NCBI GenBank assembly: GCA_963734545.1
Contig: CAVTHO010000007.1
Location: forward strand, 896,001-960,000
Direction: 5' to 3'
Length of the DNA: 64,000 nt
Source of the DNA: an uncultured Spirochaetota bacterium
GTDB taxonomy: Bacteria; Spirochaetota; Spirochaetia; SZUA-6; Fen-1364
The notes under the pieces are model-generated. The model was given only the letters and a program-made list of their open reading frames with translations. It was not told the origin of the DNA and searched no databases. Each line of letters opens with the position of its first letter. The first letter of the stretch is position 1. Below are positions 1 to 12,830 of this stretch, piece by piece. The position numbers were made by a program, and so were the translations under genes.

Positions 1-435
1 GATGGAGCCGAATGGACCGATTCCGGGAAGCGTGATGCGCAGGCTCTGCTTGGGCTGAAGCTTGCGCGTGCTCTTGATGCCGAGCTTGTACTTGGGTTGA
101 TCGAACTCGACCCTCTTCCGCAGCTCGAAAAGCTTGCCGAGCAGAAGGTTGTACTCGGGATCCTGTTCCTGGGACCGGGACCTGTACCGGATGATGGTGC
201 CCTTGATGGAACGATCGAGCTGCTTGATGGACCAGAAAAGCGCCGTCGGGTTGTCGAGCTTGGCCTCCACCGCCACGCGGCGCAGCAGGTTGATTTCGCG
301 GAAGACGAAGCCGGACTCCCGGCCCTTCAGGTAGAACTGGAGCCAGGGAAACCTGCCACCTCCCGCCCGGCGCAGGAGAATAATGGCGAGCACCGCAATG
401 AAGGCTATGGCAAGAAGGACAACGACGAACAACAT
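1..435 (-). CDS. Spirochaete PilZ-domain / flagellar-brake-like protein, N-terminal part (runs off the window edge)
   Basis: Manual minus-strand translation from ATG at 435: MLFVVVLLAIAFIAVLAIILLRRAGGGRFPWLQFYLKGRESGFVFREINLLRRVAVEAKLDNPTALFWSIKQLDRSIKG...; open to position 1. Resembles, from recall, the N-terminus of membrane-anchored spirochaete PilZ proteins. The PilZ motifs would lie outside the window. Confidence 0.55.
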   Translation of the reverse strand, partial: MLFVVVLLAIAFIAVLAIILLRRAGGGRFPWLQFYLKGRESGFVFREINLLRRVAVEAKLDNPTALFWSIKQLDRSIKGTIIRYRSRSQEQDPEYNLLLGKLFELRKRVEFDQPKYKLGIKSTRKLQPKQSLRITLPGIGPFGSI

Positions 436-499
436 ATCGCTTCTATAATTATCGTGAAAAAGGACCTATATTTCCATACAATTTGGGGAAATGGTGCAA

Positions 500-1211
500 A
501 TGAAGCATTCCCGCCTTCTCCTGGAGATGTCCCTTTTCTTCCTTGCATTCTTCCTGCCCGGGCTATCTTGCCCAGACACACCCTCCGGCCGCGGGCCCTG
601 CGTCCACCCTGGCGATGCTCCAGGTCATCGTGACGGGATTACCTCAGTTCATGCTCATGGCGTACGTTGCCACGCTTTCCGTTGGAAGAGCTCCTCGCAA
701 CTGGGGGCTCATTGCGCTCGAGCCGCGGGACGGGATTCGGATCCTTGTTCTCCTTGTCGGTTGTTTCGCGGTCGTCGCGCCCTTCGTGGCTCTTGCTCTC
801 GCGCTGCCTCCCCGATTCAGCAAATCACTGACGCTGGGGTATCGCTGGGGACTGCTGAGCGTGACGCAGATTCCGATTGCGCTTCTGTTCGGTCTCACCG
901 CAGGCTATCGTGAAGAGTTCTTCTTCCGCTCATACCTGCTGGGCAGGCTCGGCCAGCTCGGAATTCCCGTACCGATCGCGGCAATCGCATCAACAGCCCT
1001 TTTCAGCCTCGGCCACATATACGAAGGCCCTCTGGGCGTCGCCATTGCGGCAGCGCTGGGGGCACTTTTCGCCGCGGTTTATATCCGCAGGCCGAATCTC
1101 CACGTCATCGCGATTTCCCACGGCCTGTACAACGCCATCGTGCTCTGGCTGAGCCTTCTGATTCCCAGCTCGTTGCCCGCCGCAGCCGGAAACCTTATCT
1201 TCCGTCCATGA
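500..1211 (+). CDS. CPBP (CAAX protease/Abi family) intramembrane metalloprotease; one apparent frameshift near 560
   Basis: Motifs YREEFFFRSY, LFSLGHIY and HGLYN in a hydrophobic protein; the N-terminus MKHSRLLLEMSLFFLAFF is in another frame. Confidence 0.8.
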
Positions 1212-1858
1212 TGCGAAGATTCGCGCTGCTTCTCCTGCCTGCGGCCGCCGTTCTTTTTCTCCTGGCCTGTGCCCCGAAGCAGGCCCCTGCAGCGGCAGTC
1301 GGGACCGGGGCGGAGCGTGCGGCGGTTCCTGCCGTACCTGGCGCTGCCGCAGCGGAACCGGTTTCAAGCAGCACCGCGCCGGGAAGCACGAATGAAATGC
1401 TTTTGAAGGCCGGGTTCGCAGTGCCGAAAGCCGAGATCACCGCGTCGGATTTCACCCTCGCATCTCTGGACGGCAGGAACGTGAGCCTCGCCTCCTACAA
1501 GGGCTCGTTTGTCTTCCTGAGTTTCTGGGCCACGTGGTGCGGACCATGCAAGCAGGAGCTTCCCTCCGTGCAGGCGCTCTACAACAAGCTGAAGGACAAA
1601 GGTCTGGTGATCGTGGCCGTGGACGTCATGGAAGGAAGCAAGACCGTCAGCGCCTTCGTGAAGGCCAATCATATGACTTTCCCCGTGCTGCTCGATGCGG
1701 ACGGCAAGGTGGGAGGGGAATACGATGCGCGGAGCATCCCCACGAACTACCTCGTCGATCGCAATGGGAAGATCCTGGCCCGAGTGGTGGGGTATGACGG
1801 CACTCCCTGGGACAGCCCCGAGCGGCTCGCGCTCTTCGAAAAGCTTCTCGCGATGTAG
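1208..1858 (+). CDS. TlpA/ResA-like thiol-disulfide reductase lipoprotein
   Basis: Lipobox LLAC, FWATWCGPC active site, SIPTNYLVDRNG cis-Pro segment. Confidence 0.9.
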   Translation: MMRRFALLLLPAAAVLFLLACAPKQAPAAAVGTGAERAAVPAVPGAAAAEPVSSSTAPGSTNEMLLKAGFAVPKAEITASDFTLASLDGRNVSLASYKGSFVFLSFWATWCGPCKQELPSVQALYNKLKDKGLVIVAVDVMEGSKTVSAFVKANHMTFPVLLDADGKVGGEYDARSIPTNYLVDRNGKILARVVGYDGTPWDSPERLALFEKLLAM

Positions 1859-1939
1859 GTTTCGGGGCATAGCCAGCCTTTACACGACCGCCCCTCCGTT
1901 GTATCACTGTATCCTACTCTCAACGACCAGGAGGCGGTT

Positions 1940-3142
<1,203 letters not shown>

Positions 3143-3180
3143 CCAGAGGCGAGCCTGCGCGGCGTCGGAGGCGTAGCCGC

Positions 3181-4159
3181 CTAGAAGAAGTCCCTCAGGC
3201 GCTGCAGGAGGCTCTTCCTGCGCGCCTCTTCCTCGTGGAAGACGCCGAGGCTGAGGAACTTCTGATGCCGCTGCGCCAGGAGCGATTCCACGCTCCTGCG
3301 GCGAAAGGACGCGCGAGGGACGCGAGGATGTCCGCCTTCAGGGCCGCGGCCGCGGCCCCGCCGGATCCTTGTGCGCGCCCACCTGGGGTTCCGCGACGAT
3401 CCTGTCCACCACGCGGAATCGCAGCAGGTCATGCGGGGTCAGCTTCAGCAGGGCGGCGGCCTCCCGGGCCTTCGCCGGAATCCCGCAGCAGTATCGACGC
3501 GCATCCTTCGGGAGTGATGACCGAGTAGTATGCGTTCTCCATCATGAGCACGATGTCCGCCACGCCGATGCCGATGGCGCCGCCCGATCCGCCCTCGCCG
3601 AGGATCGTGGCGATGATGGGCACGGGCAGGACGGAGAACTCCTTCATGTTCACCGCGATGGCCTGGCTGATGCCGCGATCCTCGCCGGAGACTCCCGGGT
3701 AGGCGCCCGGGGTGTCGATGAAGGTGAGGATGGGCCTGCCGAACTTTGCCGCCTGCCGCGCAAGGCGCAGCGCCTTCCGGTATCCCTCGGGATGGGCCAT
3801 GCCGAAGTTGCGCTTCAGGTTGTCCTTCATGTTCTGGCCCTTCTGGTGGCCGAAGAACGTGACGGGCAGGCCATTGAGCAGCGCGATTCCGCCGACCATG
3901 GCCGGGTCATCGCCGAAGGTCCTGTCGCCGTGAAGCTCGAGGAAATCGTCGAAGATCATCTCCGCGTACTGCAGGGTCGTCGGCCGCTCGGGATGCCGGG
4001 CCAGCTCGACGCGCCGCCACGCCTCGTTCTCCGGCGGGCGGACGGGCGGAGCTGAAGCTTGAGCTCCAGGTCCGCGAGCTCCCGGCTGATGTCGACATTC
4101 GACCTTTCCGCCAGTCCCTTCAGCTCGGCGAGCTTGTCGCGAAGCGGGTTCTCGCTCAT
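3181..4159 (-). CDS. accA: Acetyl-CoA carboxylase carboxyltransferase alpha subunit (frameshifted in assembly)
   Basis: [61 protein letters not shown]. Confidence 0.92.
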
Positions 4160-5036
4160 GTCCGGCCCCCCTGCGGCGCAGGCGTGCGTCTTCAGCAGGA
4201 AGCGCGAGGCGTCTTCTTCAGCTCCGTGCGCGGGCACCATCATGTCGATGAAACCCCGCTCGAAGTGGTACTGGGAGAGCGGAAAGTTCTCGGGCACCTT
4301 CTCGCGGATCGTCCCGGCCACCACCCGCGCCCCGGCGAAACCGCATCAGGGCGCCCGGCTCGGCGAGGGTGACGTCCCCCAGCATGGCGAAAGACGCGAG
4401 CACGCCCGCGGTGGTCGGATCGGTGAGGACGACGAAGTAGGGGCAGCGGGCTCTTCTCGAGGGCCTGCGTGGCCACGGCCGTCTTTGCCATCTGCATGAG
4501 CGACAGGATGCCTTCCTGCATGCGCGCGCCGCCCGAGGCGGTGAAGACGATCACGGGCAGCTTCTTCTCCGCGCCGACGAGCATGGCGCGCATGATCTTC
4601 TCCCCCACCACCGAGCCCATGCTCCCGCCGATGAACCGGAAATCCATGACGGCCAGGACCACCTCGTGCGCCGTCGACCTTGCACAGGCCCGTGACCACG
4701 GCCTCCTTGATGCCGGTCTTCTGCGCCGCGGCGCCAAGCTTCTGCTCGTAGTCGGGGAACTCCAGCGGGTTGGCCGTCTCGATGTCCGCGGACAGCTCCT
4801 GGAACACCCCTTCGTCGGCGGTGAAGCGGATCCGCTCCCACGCGGTGAGGCGGAAGTGGTGCTGGCAGTGGGGACAGGTGTAGAGCGTGGCCTCCAGCTC
4901 ATGGGCCGTCAGAGCGGCGGTGGCAGGAGGGACAGGAGTTCTTTTCGTCGAGGAACGAGCGCTCGTCGCGCTTCTTCTGCGACCGGGTGCTCGATGAGAT
5001 CCGCGGATCCAGCCCTGGATCCCCTTGGAATTGTCT

Positions 5037-5040
<4 letters not shown>
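4156..5040 (-). CDS. accD: Acetyl-CoA carboxylase carboxyltransferase beta subunit (frameshifted in assembly)
   Basis: Zn-finger segment [49 protein letters not shown]. Confidence 0.9.
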
Positions 5041-6369
<1,329 letters not shown>

Positions 6370-6373
<4 letters not shown>

Positions 6374-6816
6374 ACCCTGCGCACCTCGAAGAGGGGCGCG
6401 CCGAACTCGACCATCTTCCCGTTCTCCGCGAGGATGGCGACGATCTCCAGGTCGAACTCCGCCTGGAACTCGTTCATCAGCTTCATGGCCTCAAGGATGC
6501 AGAGGGGCTTGCCCTTCTTGCACCGTGTCGCCCTTTTCGACGAACGGCGGAGCATCCGGCGCGGCGGCCCGGTAGAAGGTGCCCACCAGGGGGGCGCGGA
6601 TGCACTTCGGTGTCCGATGCCGTGCTTGACGTGCGGCTCGGCGGCCGGGGGCCGCGTTTCGTGCGCGGCATGGGCAGCAAGCGGTGCCGGGGAAAGCTGC
6701 GGCGCGGACAACACTTTTTTCAGCGCTACCTCTTCTCCGTCTTTCTTGAACACGAGCTCAGAAAGTCCGCTTTTTTCGAATCGCTCCATCAGGGCGTACA
6801 ATTCTTTTATGTCCAT
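6370..6816 (-). CDS. accB: Biotin carboxyl carrier protein
   Basis: EAMKLMNE biotinylation motif and VEFGAPLF C-terminus. Confidence 0.92.
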
Positions 6817-6851
6817 GGCCTTCCCCCTATCCGGTTCCCACCCGCACGCCG

Positions 6852-6869
6852 GTCACGGTATACCGTGAC
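6852..6869. promoter_or_regulatory. Perfect 18-bp palindrome GTCACGGTATACCGTGAC; candidate operator in the accB leader
   Basis: Self-complementary; lies between the predicted promoter and the accB start. Confidence 0.5.
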
Positions 6870-6905
6870 ATTTTTCTGGCTTGTATGCATGACAAGAATA
6901 GTCGG

Positions 6906-6934
6906 AAATTAGCATTTGCCCCGTGCTCTGTCAA
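6906..6934 (-). promoter_or_regulatory. sigma70-type promoter for accBCDA
   Basis: Minus strand TTGACA-N17-TAATTT. Confidence 0.6.
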
Positions 6935-7036
6935 TTCGACACGCTCTCTACCCGATCGCCGCCGGGCCGCGACAGGCTTTTCAGGGAGTCGACTTGGTCA
7001 GGCGAAGACTCTCGATAACGAGGCGCACTCCACGGA

Positions 7037-9011
7037 TCATGCAGGCGGGTTCTCGGCGACTCCCCCTGGAGCGGGAACGCCGTCCTGCTCGACCGATTCC
7101 ACCGACTCCGCCTCCGCGATGTTCTCGATGGTGTCCACGATCCCGGCGGCATCCCGCGTCGGCAGGAACTGCTCGCCGCCGGGCGTGGCAGTCCCCGTGG
7201 ACTCCTCCCGCAGCTTGAGCGTCTCTCCGAACCACGAGAACGCGGCAGCCAGCCGGTCCGTCATCTGGCGCATGTCGTGAGACACCTCCAGGATCGAGCG
7301 GATGAGCGTGTCCACGCCCGCCAGGCCGTCCTGGATGTCCGTGTGCGCACGGCTGACGTCCTCCAGGGCGCGGGAGTTGTCCGCAGATCATCGTGCGGAT
7401 CTCTTCGCTCCGTTTCATGATCTCGAAGAACCCCGTGCCCAGCCCCTTGATCCGGTTGACGCCCTTCTCCACGCCGCGGTTCGTGTCCTTGATCACCGCG
7501 CTCACCTGGTCGGACACGGTGCGCGTGAGATCCGCCAGCTTGCGGATCTCCTGCGCCACGACGGAGAACCCTTGCCCGGCCGCGCCCGCCTTCGCGGCCT
7601 CGATGGAGGCGTTGAGGGAGAGCATGTGGGTCTTCTCCGCGATGCCGATGATCTGGCTTACCGCCTTGCGGATGACGATTGACCGCTGGTACAGCGCTTC
7701 CATTTCCCGCAGCGTTTCCTGGATCTGCGCATTGAAGCTCGTGATCAGGCCGTCCACCTGCTCCGTGTACCCGAGGATGTCCTTTTCCTTTGCCACGACC
7801 CGGGATTCGCCGGTGCCGGCCTCCTCGAGGGAAATGATGAGCCCGCCGATCGTAAATGACTGCTTCTGAGCGCTTTCCAGGAGCTTGCCGGAAAGCTTCG
7901 TGATGTCGACGTTACGTTTTTCCAGCAGCTCCTTGCCCTCGCGGATCCGCTCGATCATCTCCCAGTCGCTTTCGATCCTCCCGATGAGCTCCTGGCTGGT
8001 CTGCCGGTACATGGACTGCGTGCGGGAGAGCTCGCTCAGGAGCAGCGTGCCCTCGAAGAGCGGAATAAGCAGGCCGGGGAGGAAGGAGAAGAGCCCGAGC
8101 CGGGGAAGAAAAAGGTCGGCAAAGACCCCGGCGCCGAGGGCAAGGAAAAGCGCGACGCCCAGGGAGAAAGGCAGCAGCGCGCGCCGTAAACCTGCTTTGA
8201 GCCTGCCCACTAGGCACATCAGCGCAAGAACGGCGAACGAGACGGCAAGAACGCCGCGCGTGGCGGTTTCCGCGATCTCCATGACGTCCACACGGGTGGA
8301 CACCACGACCACGCATGCGGCCAGGAAAGGAGGGAGGACGAGAGGAAGGAGAAAGCGCAGCCGTGCGGCCTTCAGCAGCTCGAGCGTTGCCTGCGCGAGA
8401 AAAAGCGCGGTCAGGAAAAACGCGATGACGCCCAGCTTCAGGGCGAGTACCGGAGAGATGAACCCCACGACGTATGAGGGAAGGACTTCTGAGGCGGCAT
8501 TCGCAAAAAGGGCGAAAACAAGGAAAAGGGTTTCCCGCGACCGCTGGCGGGCAAAGAGCGTGAGAAACTGAAATGCCAGCAACAGCGATAGAAGTCCCGC
8601 AAAGACCCGCAGCGGCACCACGGGCAGGTTGAGGAGCGCGAGCCGCGCGCCCAGGCCCTCCAGAGGGACGATCAACAGCACGGGCGGGAAGGAAGTGGCG
8701 GGCGACTGCGCGAGTTGAACGGTGAGAACGTGCGCGCTCACGGAATCCGACTTCGGGAGCGGATAGCCGCGGTACCCCGGCACGCCGCCGGTCACCGGCC
8801 GACCGATGACCTGGCTGTCGAAGGAAATCTCCTGCGCCGCGGCTGTCGGGCCCACCACGAGGGCGTATTGCCCCGACGCGAGGTTCCCCTCGCTTCGCAG
8901 CCCAGCGCCGGAGCCTGCGGCGGCGGGAGTCCACGTGGCGCCGAGATCGGCCGCCCCGAGCGATATGCATGCGGCGAGCAGGAGGAGTGAGATCGGCAGG
9001 AGTTTTCTCAT
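7037..9011 (-). CDS. Methyl-accepting chemotaxis protein with extracytoplasmic domain and about 7 TM helices (7TMR-DISM-like); frameshift near 7385
   Basis: Signal peptide [15 protein letters not shown], seven hydrophobic segments, MCP hairpin [37 protein letters not shown]. Confidence 0.8.
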
Positions 9012-9052
9012 CAAGGGCTCCTGCAGCATAGTATAGAGAGAAACATGGCTCA

Positions 9053-10936
9053 ATGAAAGACGAGCGCAGGCGGCATGCCGCGCCGTCAGCCGACCCGCGC
9101 CCCGCCTGCTCCGATTTGACAGGCGATACCGGCGGTGGTACCGTTAGAGGGGTCGTGACAGAGGTCGTTCTCAAAATCATCGAAGAGTTCTCCGATGGCT
9201 TTCTCATTCTCAACGAGGACGGGCGCATAGTCTTTTTCAACGAGCTGCTTCTGAAGACCCTGGGGCTGCGCGCCGCGGACGTTTTTGCCCATGAAGCGGA
9301 CCTCCTGGCCCGTCTCGGGATCGCCTCCCCCTACGAGCCTTCCGAGCGCGAAGTGCTCGTGGAAGACCGCGGGGGAACGCCCCGGCGCCTGCTCGTATCG
9401 TCGCTTGCCGTGGACGGCAACAGAGGCCAGTACATACTGGCGCGCATCAAGACGGCCCCCTCCCGGGGCAACGGCTCCTCAGGGCTCGCGCGCAGAGAGC
9501 TCGAGCAGCTCTTCCGCAACATCGGGGACCCCCTCATCACGGCCGATCTCGGCGGCGTGATCACCTGCGCAAATCCTTCTTTCTACAAGCTGATCGAGTG
9601 GGAACAGGGCAAGGCCCTTCCCAATATCGCCGAGCTCTATGCCCATTCCGCGGAGCTCGAGGACAAGATCCTGCGGCTTGCCGAGTCGGACATGGTCTTC
9701 AATCTGGACACGCACCTCGTGACCGGGGCGAGACAGCCGAGACGCGTTCTGGACACCTCGTGGGTGCTGCGAGACGATCATGGCGTGGTCACGGGCTACA
9801 CGAGCCACCTCAAGGACCTCACCTACGTCAAGAACCTCGAGACGCGCCTGAAGATTTCCGAGCGCAACTACATCGTGCTCTTCGATACGATTCTTTCCTC
9901 GATCGTCCTCGTCGACCCGTCGGGAAAGATCCTCAACTGCAACTACTACGCGGAAGAAATGTACGGCTACCGCTGGGCCGATCTTGTCGGGAAGCAGTTC
10001 GACGAGGTGTTTCAGGTGCGCGACAAGAATCTCGGCATCCTTCAGCTCATGGCGCTGGTGGACGGGAACAAGGGCAGGTACGTGGAGACGGACGTCCCCC
10101 GCAGGTGCAGGGACGGATCCATCAAGTTCACCTACGCCTCCTACTCCGCGCTCACCAGCACGGCGGGAGAGATAATCGCCTACGCCATCATGGAAAGGGA
10201 CCTGAGCGAGCGCGTCCGGCTGGAAAAAAAGCTGCAGGACTCGTTCCAGCAGATCCGGGACACCCAGTCAGCGGCCATACTCGGGTTTGCGCGGCTCACC
10301 GAGTACAGGGACATGGACACCGGCAAGCACCTCGAGCGCCTGCGCGAGTACACGCGTGTCATCGCTCTCGGCCTGGCAAAACTGCCCACGTACGCCGGGT
10401 ACATCACCGCTGACTACGTGGACGACCTCTGCCTGTCCTCGGTGCTGCATGACGTGGGCAAGGTGGGAATCGAGGATGCGGTCCTGCGCAAGCCGGGGAA
10501 GCTCAGCCCGGCGGAGTTCGAAAAGATCAAGCAGCACGCCCGGCTCGGAGGAGAGGCGCTGAGCGCGGTGGACAGAGAGCTCAAGCAGAAGTCGTTTCTG
10601 ACGATCGGCAAGGAGATCGCATTCTCCCATCATGAGCGCTGGGACGGATCGGGGTATCCGGCGGGAAAGAAGCAGGACCAGATACCGCTCTCGGCCAGGA
10701 TCGTGGCTCTCGCGGACGTCTACGACGCGCTCACGAGCAAGCGCAGCTACAAGGACGCGCTTTCTCATGAAGAGGCCGTCCGGATCATCGTGAAGGAGCG
10801 GGGCACGCATTTCGACCCGGAGATCGTGGATGTCTTCCAGCAGAACCTCGATGCGTTCCGCCGCATCCACATGCTGGAGTCGTTCAAGACGGACCTCAAG
10901 AGCATGGACGACATCCTGAAAGCGGGCCGCCCATAG
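9053..10936 (+). CDS. Multi-PAS HD-GYP cyclic-dinucleotide phosphodiesterase (true start may be slightly downstream)
   Basis: Three PAS-like repeats, then [38 protein letters not shown]. Confidence 0.9.
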   Translation: MKDERRRHAAPSADPRPACSDLTGDTGGGTVRGVVTEVVLKIIEEFSDGFLILNEDGRIVFFNELLLKTLGLRAADVFAHEADLLARLGIASPYEPSEREVLVEDRGGTPRRLLVSSLAVDGNRGQYILARIKTAPSRGNGSSGLARRELEQLFRNIGDPLITADLGGVITCANPSFYKLIEWEQGKALPNIAELYAHSAELEDKILRLAESDMVFNLDTHLVTGARQPRRVLDTSWVLRDDHGVVTGYTSHLKDLTYVKNLETRLKISERNYIVLFDTILSSIVLVDPSGKILNCNYYAEEMYGYRWADLVGKQFDEVFQVRDKNLGILQLMALVDGNKGRYVETDVPRRCRDGSIKFTYASYSALTSTAGEIIAYAIMERDLSERVRLEKKLQDSFQQIRDTQSAAILGFARLTEYRDMDTGKHLERLREYTRVIALGLAKLPTYAGYITADYVDDLCLSSVLHDVGKVGIEDAVLRKPGKLSPAEFEKIKQHARLGGEALSAVDRELKQKSFLTIGKEIAFSHHERWDGSGYPAGKKQDQIPLSARIVALADVYDALTSKRSYKDALSHEEAVRIIVKERGTHFDPEIVDVFQQNLDAFRRIHMLESFKTDLKSMDDILKAGRP

Positions 10937-11009
10937 AACACGCGCAGGGCGGAAATATCACGTCGCTCACTTTCGCCCCCTCCTGCTTCCTGATATACTC
11001 ACGCACCGG

Positions 11010-12499
11010 ATGACCTCCCGAATCGACATCGCCGAGATACAGAAAGCCGCCCTCAGGTCGATTCCCCTCACCTTCCGGCTCACCAGCCTCCCTCATGAAT
11101 CCCACGCTCTCCTGGACAGGATCCTGGAGGTGTACCTGGAGGAACTGGGGCAGGAACAGATACTCGAACCCCTCTCCTACTGCCTGAAAGAGCTCATCAT
11201 CAACGCGCAGAAGGCAAACACCAAGCGCCTGTACTTCGAGGAGAAGGGGCTCGACATCCAGATCGAGGAGCACTACGACCAGGGCATGCGCGACTTCCGG
11301 CGCGAATCAGCCGAGCGCCTGGAACACTGGCTGGGCCTCCTGAAAGAAAGGGGCCTGGTGATCGGGGTTACCTTTCACACAACGGGGGGATGCCTGGCAA
11401 TCTCGGTGCGCAACAGCGCCGAGCTCACGCCCCGGGAGCAGACCCGCATATTCGACAGGATCGCGCGTGCCCGCGCGTTTCATTCCTTCGTGGAGGCACT
11501 CGCGCAGCCGCTGGATTCCTCGGAGGGCGCCGGTCTCGGCATTCTGATCCTCCTGCAGTTCCTGAAGAGAATCGGCCTGGGAGAAGAGGCGTTCGCCATC
11601 GAGACGCGCAACGGTGAGACAGTGGCCTCGCTCGCCATCCCGATGAACAAGGTACAGCTGGAGAAAATCAGCGTCCTGACGCAGGCCATCGCGCGGGACG
11701 TGGATTCCCTGCCCCACTTTCCCGAGACGATCGTGGAGATCATTCACCTGAGCGAGGATCCGCGCGCGACACTTGCCCGCATCGCCGGGAAGATCGCCAC
11801 CGATCCCACGCTCACGGCTGACCTCCTGAAGCTCGTGAACTCCGCCTACTACATGCTGCCCCGCCGGGTCATCAACATCCTCCAGGCGGTGAAGGTCGTC
11901 GGGATGAAGGGCCTGAGGAATCTGCTCTACTCGTACGGCGCCCAGCAGATCATGGGTGAGAAGTACGCGGAGATGAAGACCCTGTGGGATCACTCCTATC
12001 GCACCGCGTTCTATGCCTTCATGCTCGCCCGCAGCTTCAAGCCGAAGAGACGACATACTCGACGACGTGTACGTGGCGGGGATCCTGCATGATCTGGGAC
12101 AGATCATCGTGACGTACCTCCACCCCGATGCCATGGAGCAGATGGCGAAGTTCTGCAAGGAGAAAGACATCCCGCTGCGCATTCTCGAGCATTTTTCTTT
12201 CGGTCTGAACCACGCCGACATCGGCGCCCTCATCGCCATGAAATGGAACTTCCCCGACCAGCTCGTGCAGGGCATCAAGTATCATCACGACCCCTTGATG
12301 GCGCCGGTGCAGTACAAGGATGTCGTGTACTGCGTGTATGTCGCCAACGCGTTTTGCGACCTGGAGCGTGACTACCTCACCTTCGAGCAGATGGAGAAGC
12401 CCGTGCTGGGAGACTTCGGAATACGAAACGAGGAACAGATGCAGGAGGATTCTCGGAAGGCTGCAGAAAGCCTTCGAGCAGCGGAGAAGCACCTTTTGA
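11010..12499 (+). CDS. HDOD-domain protein with N-terminal HATPase-like module; frameshifts near 12045 and 12450
   Basis: ELIINAQKAN and EGAGLG, then DPTLTADLLKLVNSAYY, WDHS, GILHDLGQI, NHADIGALIAMKWNFP, YHH. Confidence 0.8.
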
Positions 12500-12559
12500 T
12501 CCGCGGCGTACCTCCGCATTCCCGTGACATTCGCGGCGCCCGAAAATTCTCATTGTCTC

Positions 12560-12588
12560 TTGACATTCATCCAGAAAACGCATACATA
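12560..12588 (+). promoter_or_regulatory. sigma70-type promoter of the ilv-leu leader
   Basis: TTGACA-N17-TACATA; the same -35/-10 pair precedes the tRNA-Gln/Glu genes. Confidence 0.6.
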
Positions 12589-12597
12589 TACACAATC

Positions 12598-12690
12598 ATG
12601 AGCGGCGGCATGGGCTCTCTTTCAATTCTGAGCGGACTCCTCCTTATTGGCGAACTCCTTGTGAGGAGCAGCAGACGCCCGGAGGGGTAG
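12598..12690 (+). CDS. Putative branched-chain amino acid attenuator leader peptide MSGGMGSLSILSGLLLIGELLVRSSRRPEG
   Basis: 30 codons with 7 Leu, 2 Ile and 1 Val clustered centrally, between the promoter and a terminator upstream of ilvD. Confidence 0.75.
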   Translation: MSGGMGSLSILSGLLLIGELLVRSSRRPEG

Positions 12691-12718
12691 CGCGCAGCCG
12701 TTGGCAGACGCAATGCGC

Positions 12719-12753
12719 GGGCCGTTCTCCTTCCGGGAGAACGGCCCTTTTTT
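12719..12753 (+). terminator. Attenuator intrinsic terminator
   Basis: Perfect 12-bp stem GGGCCGTTCTCC / GGAGAACGGCCC, loop TTCCG, followed by T6. Confidence 0.85.
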
Positions 12754-12830
12754 AGAATCCGCTGGAGTACCGCGGCGCCCGAGACTACCCGGCGCACCAG
12801 GCCGGGAACGCATGAGGAGGCAGCGTCAGG

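Noticed and set aside
12598-12830. T-box riboswitch upstream of ilvD
   Set aside because: No T-box consensus (AAnnnGGTGGnACCGCG) or specifier stem; the leader-peptide model fits better.
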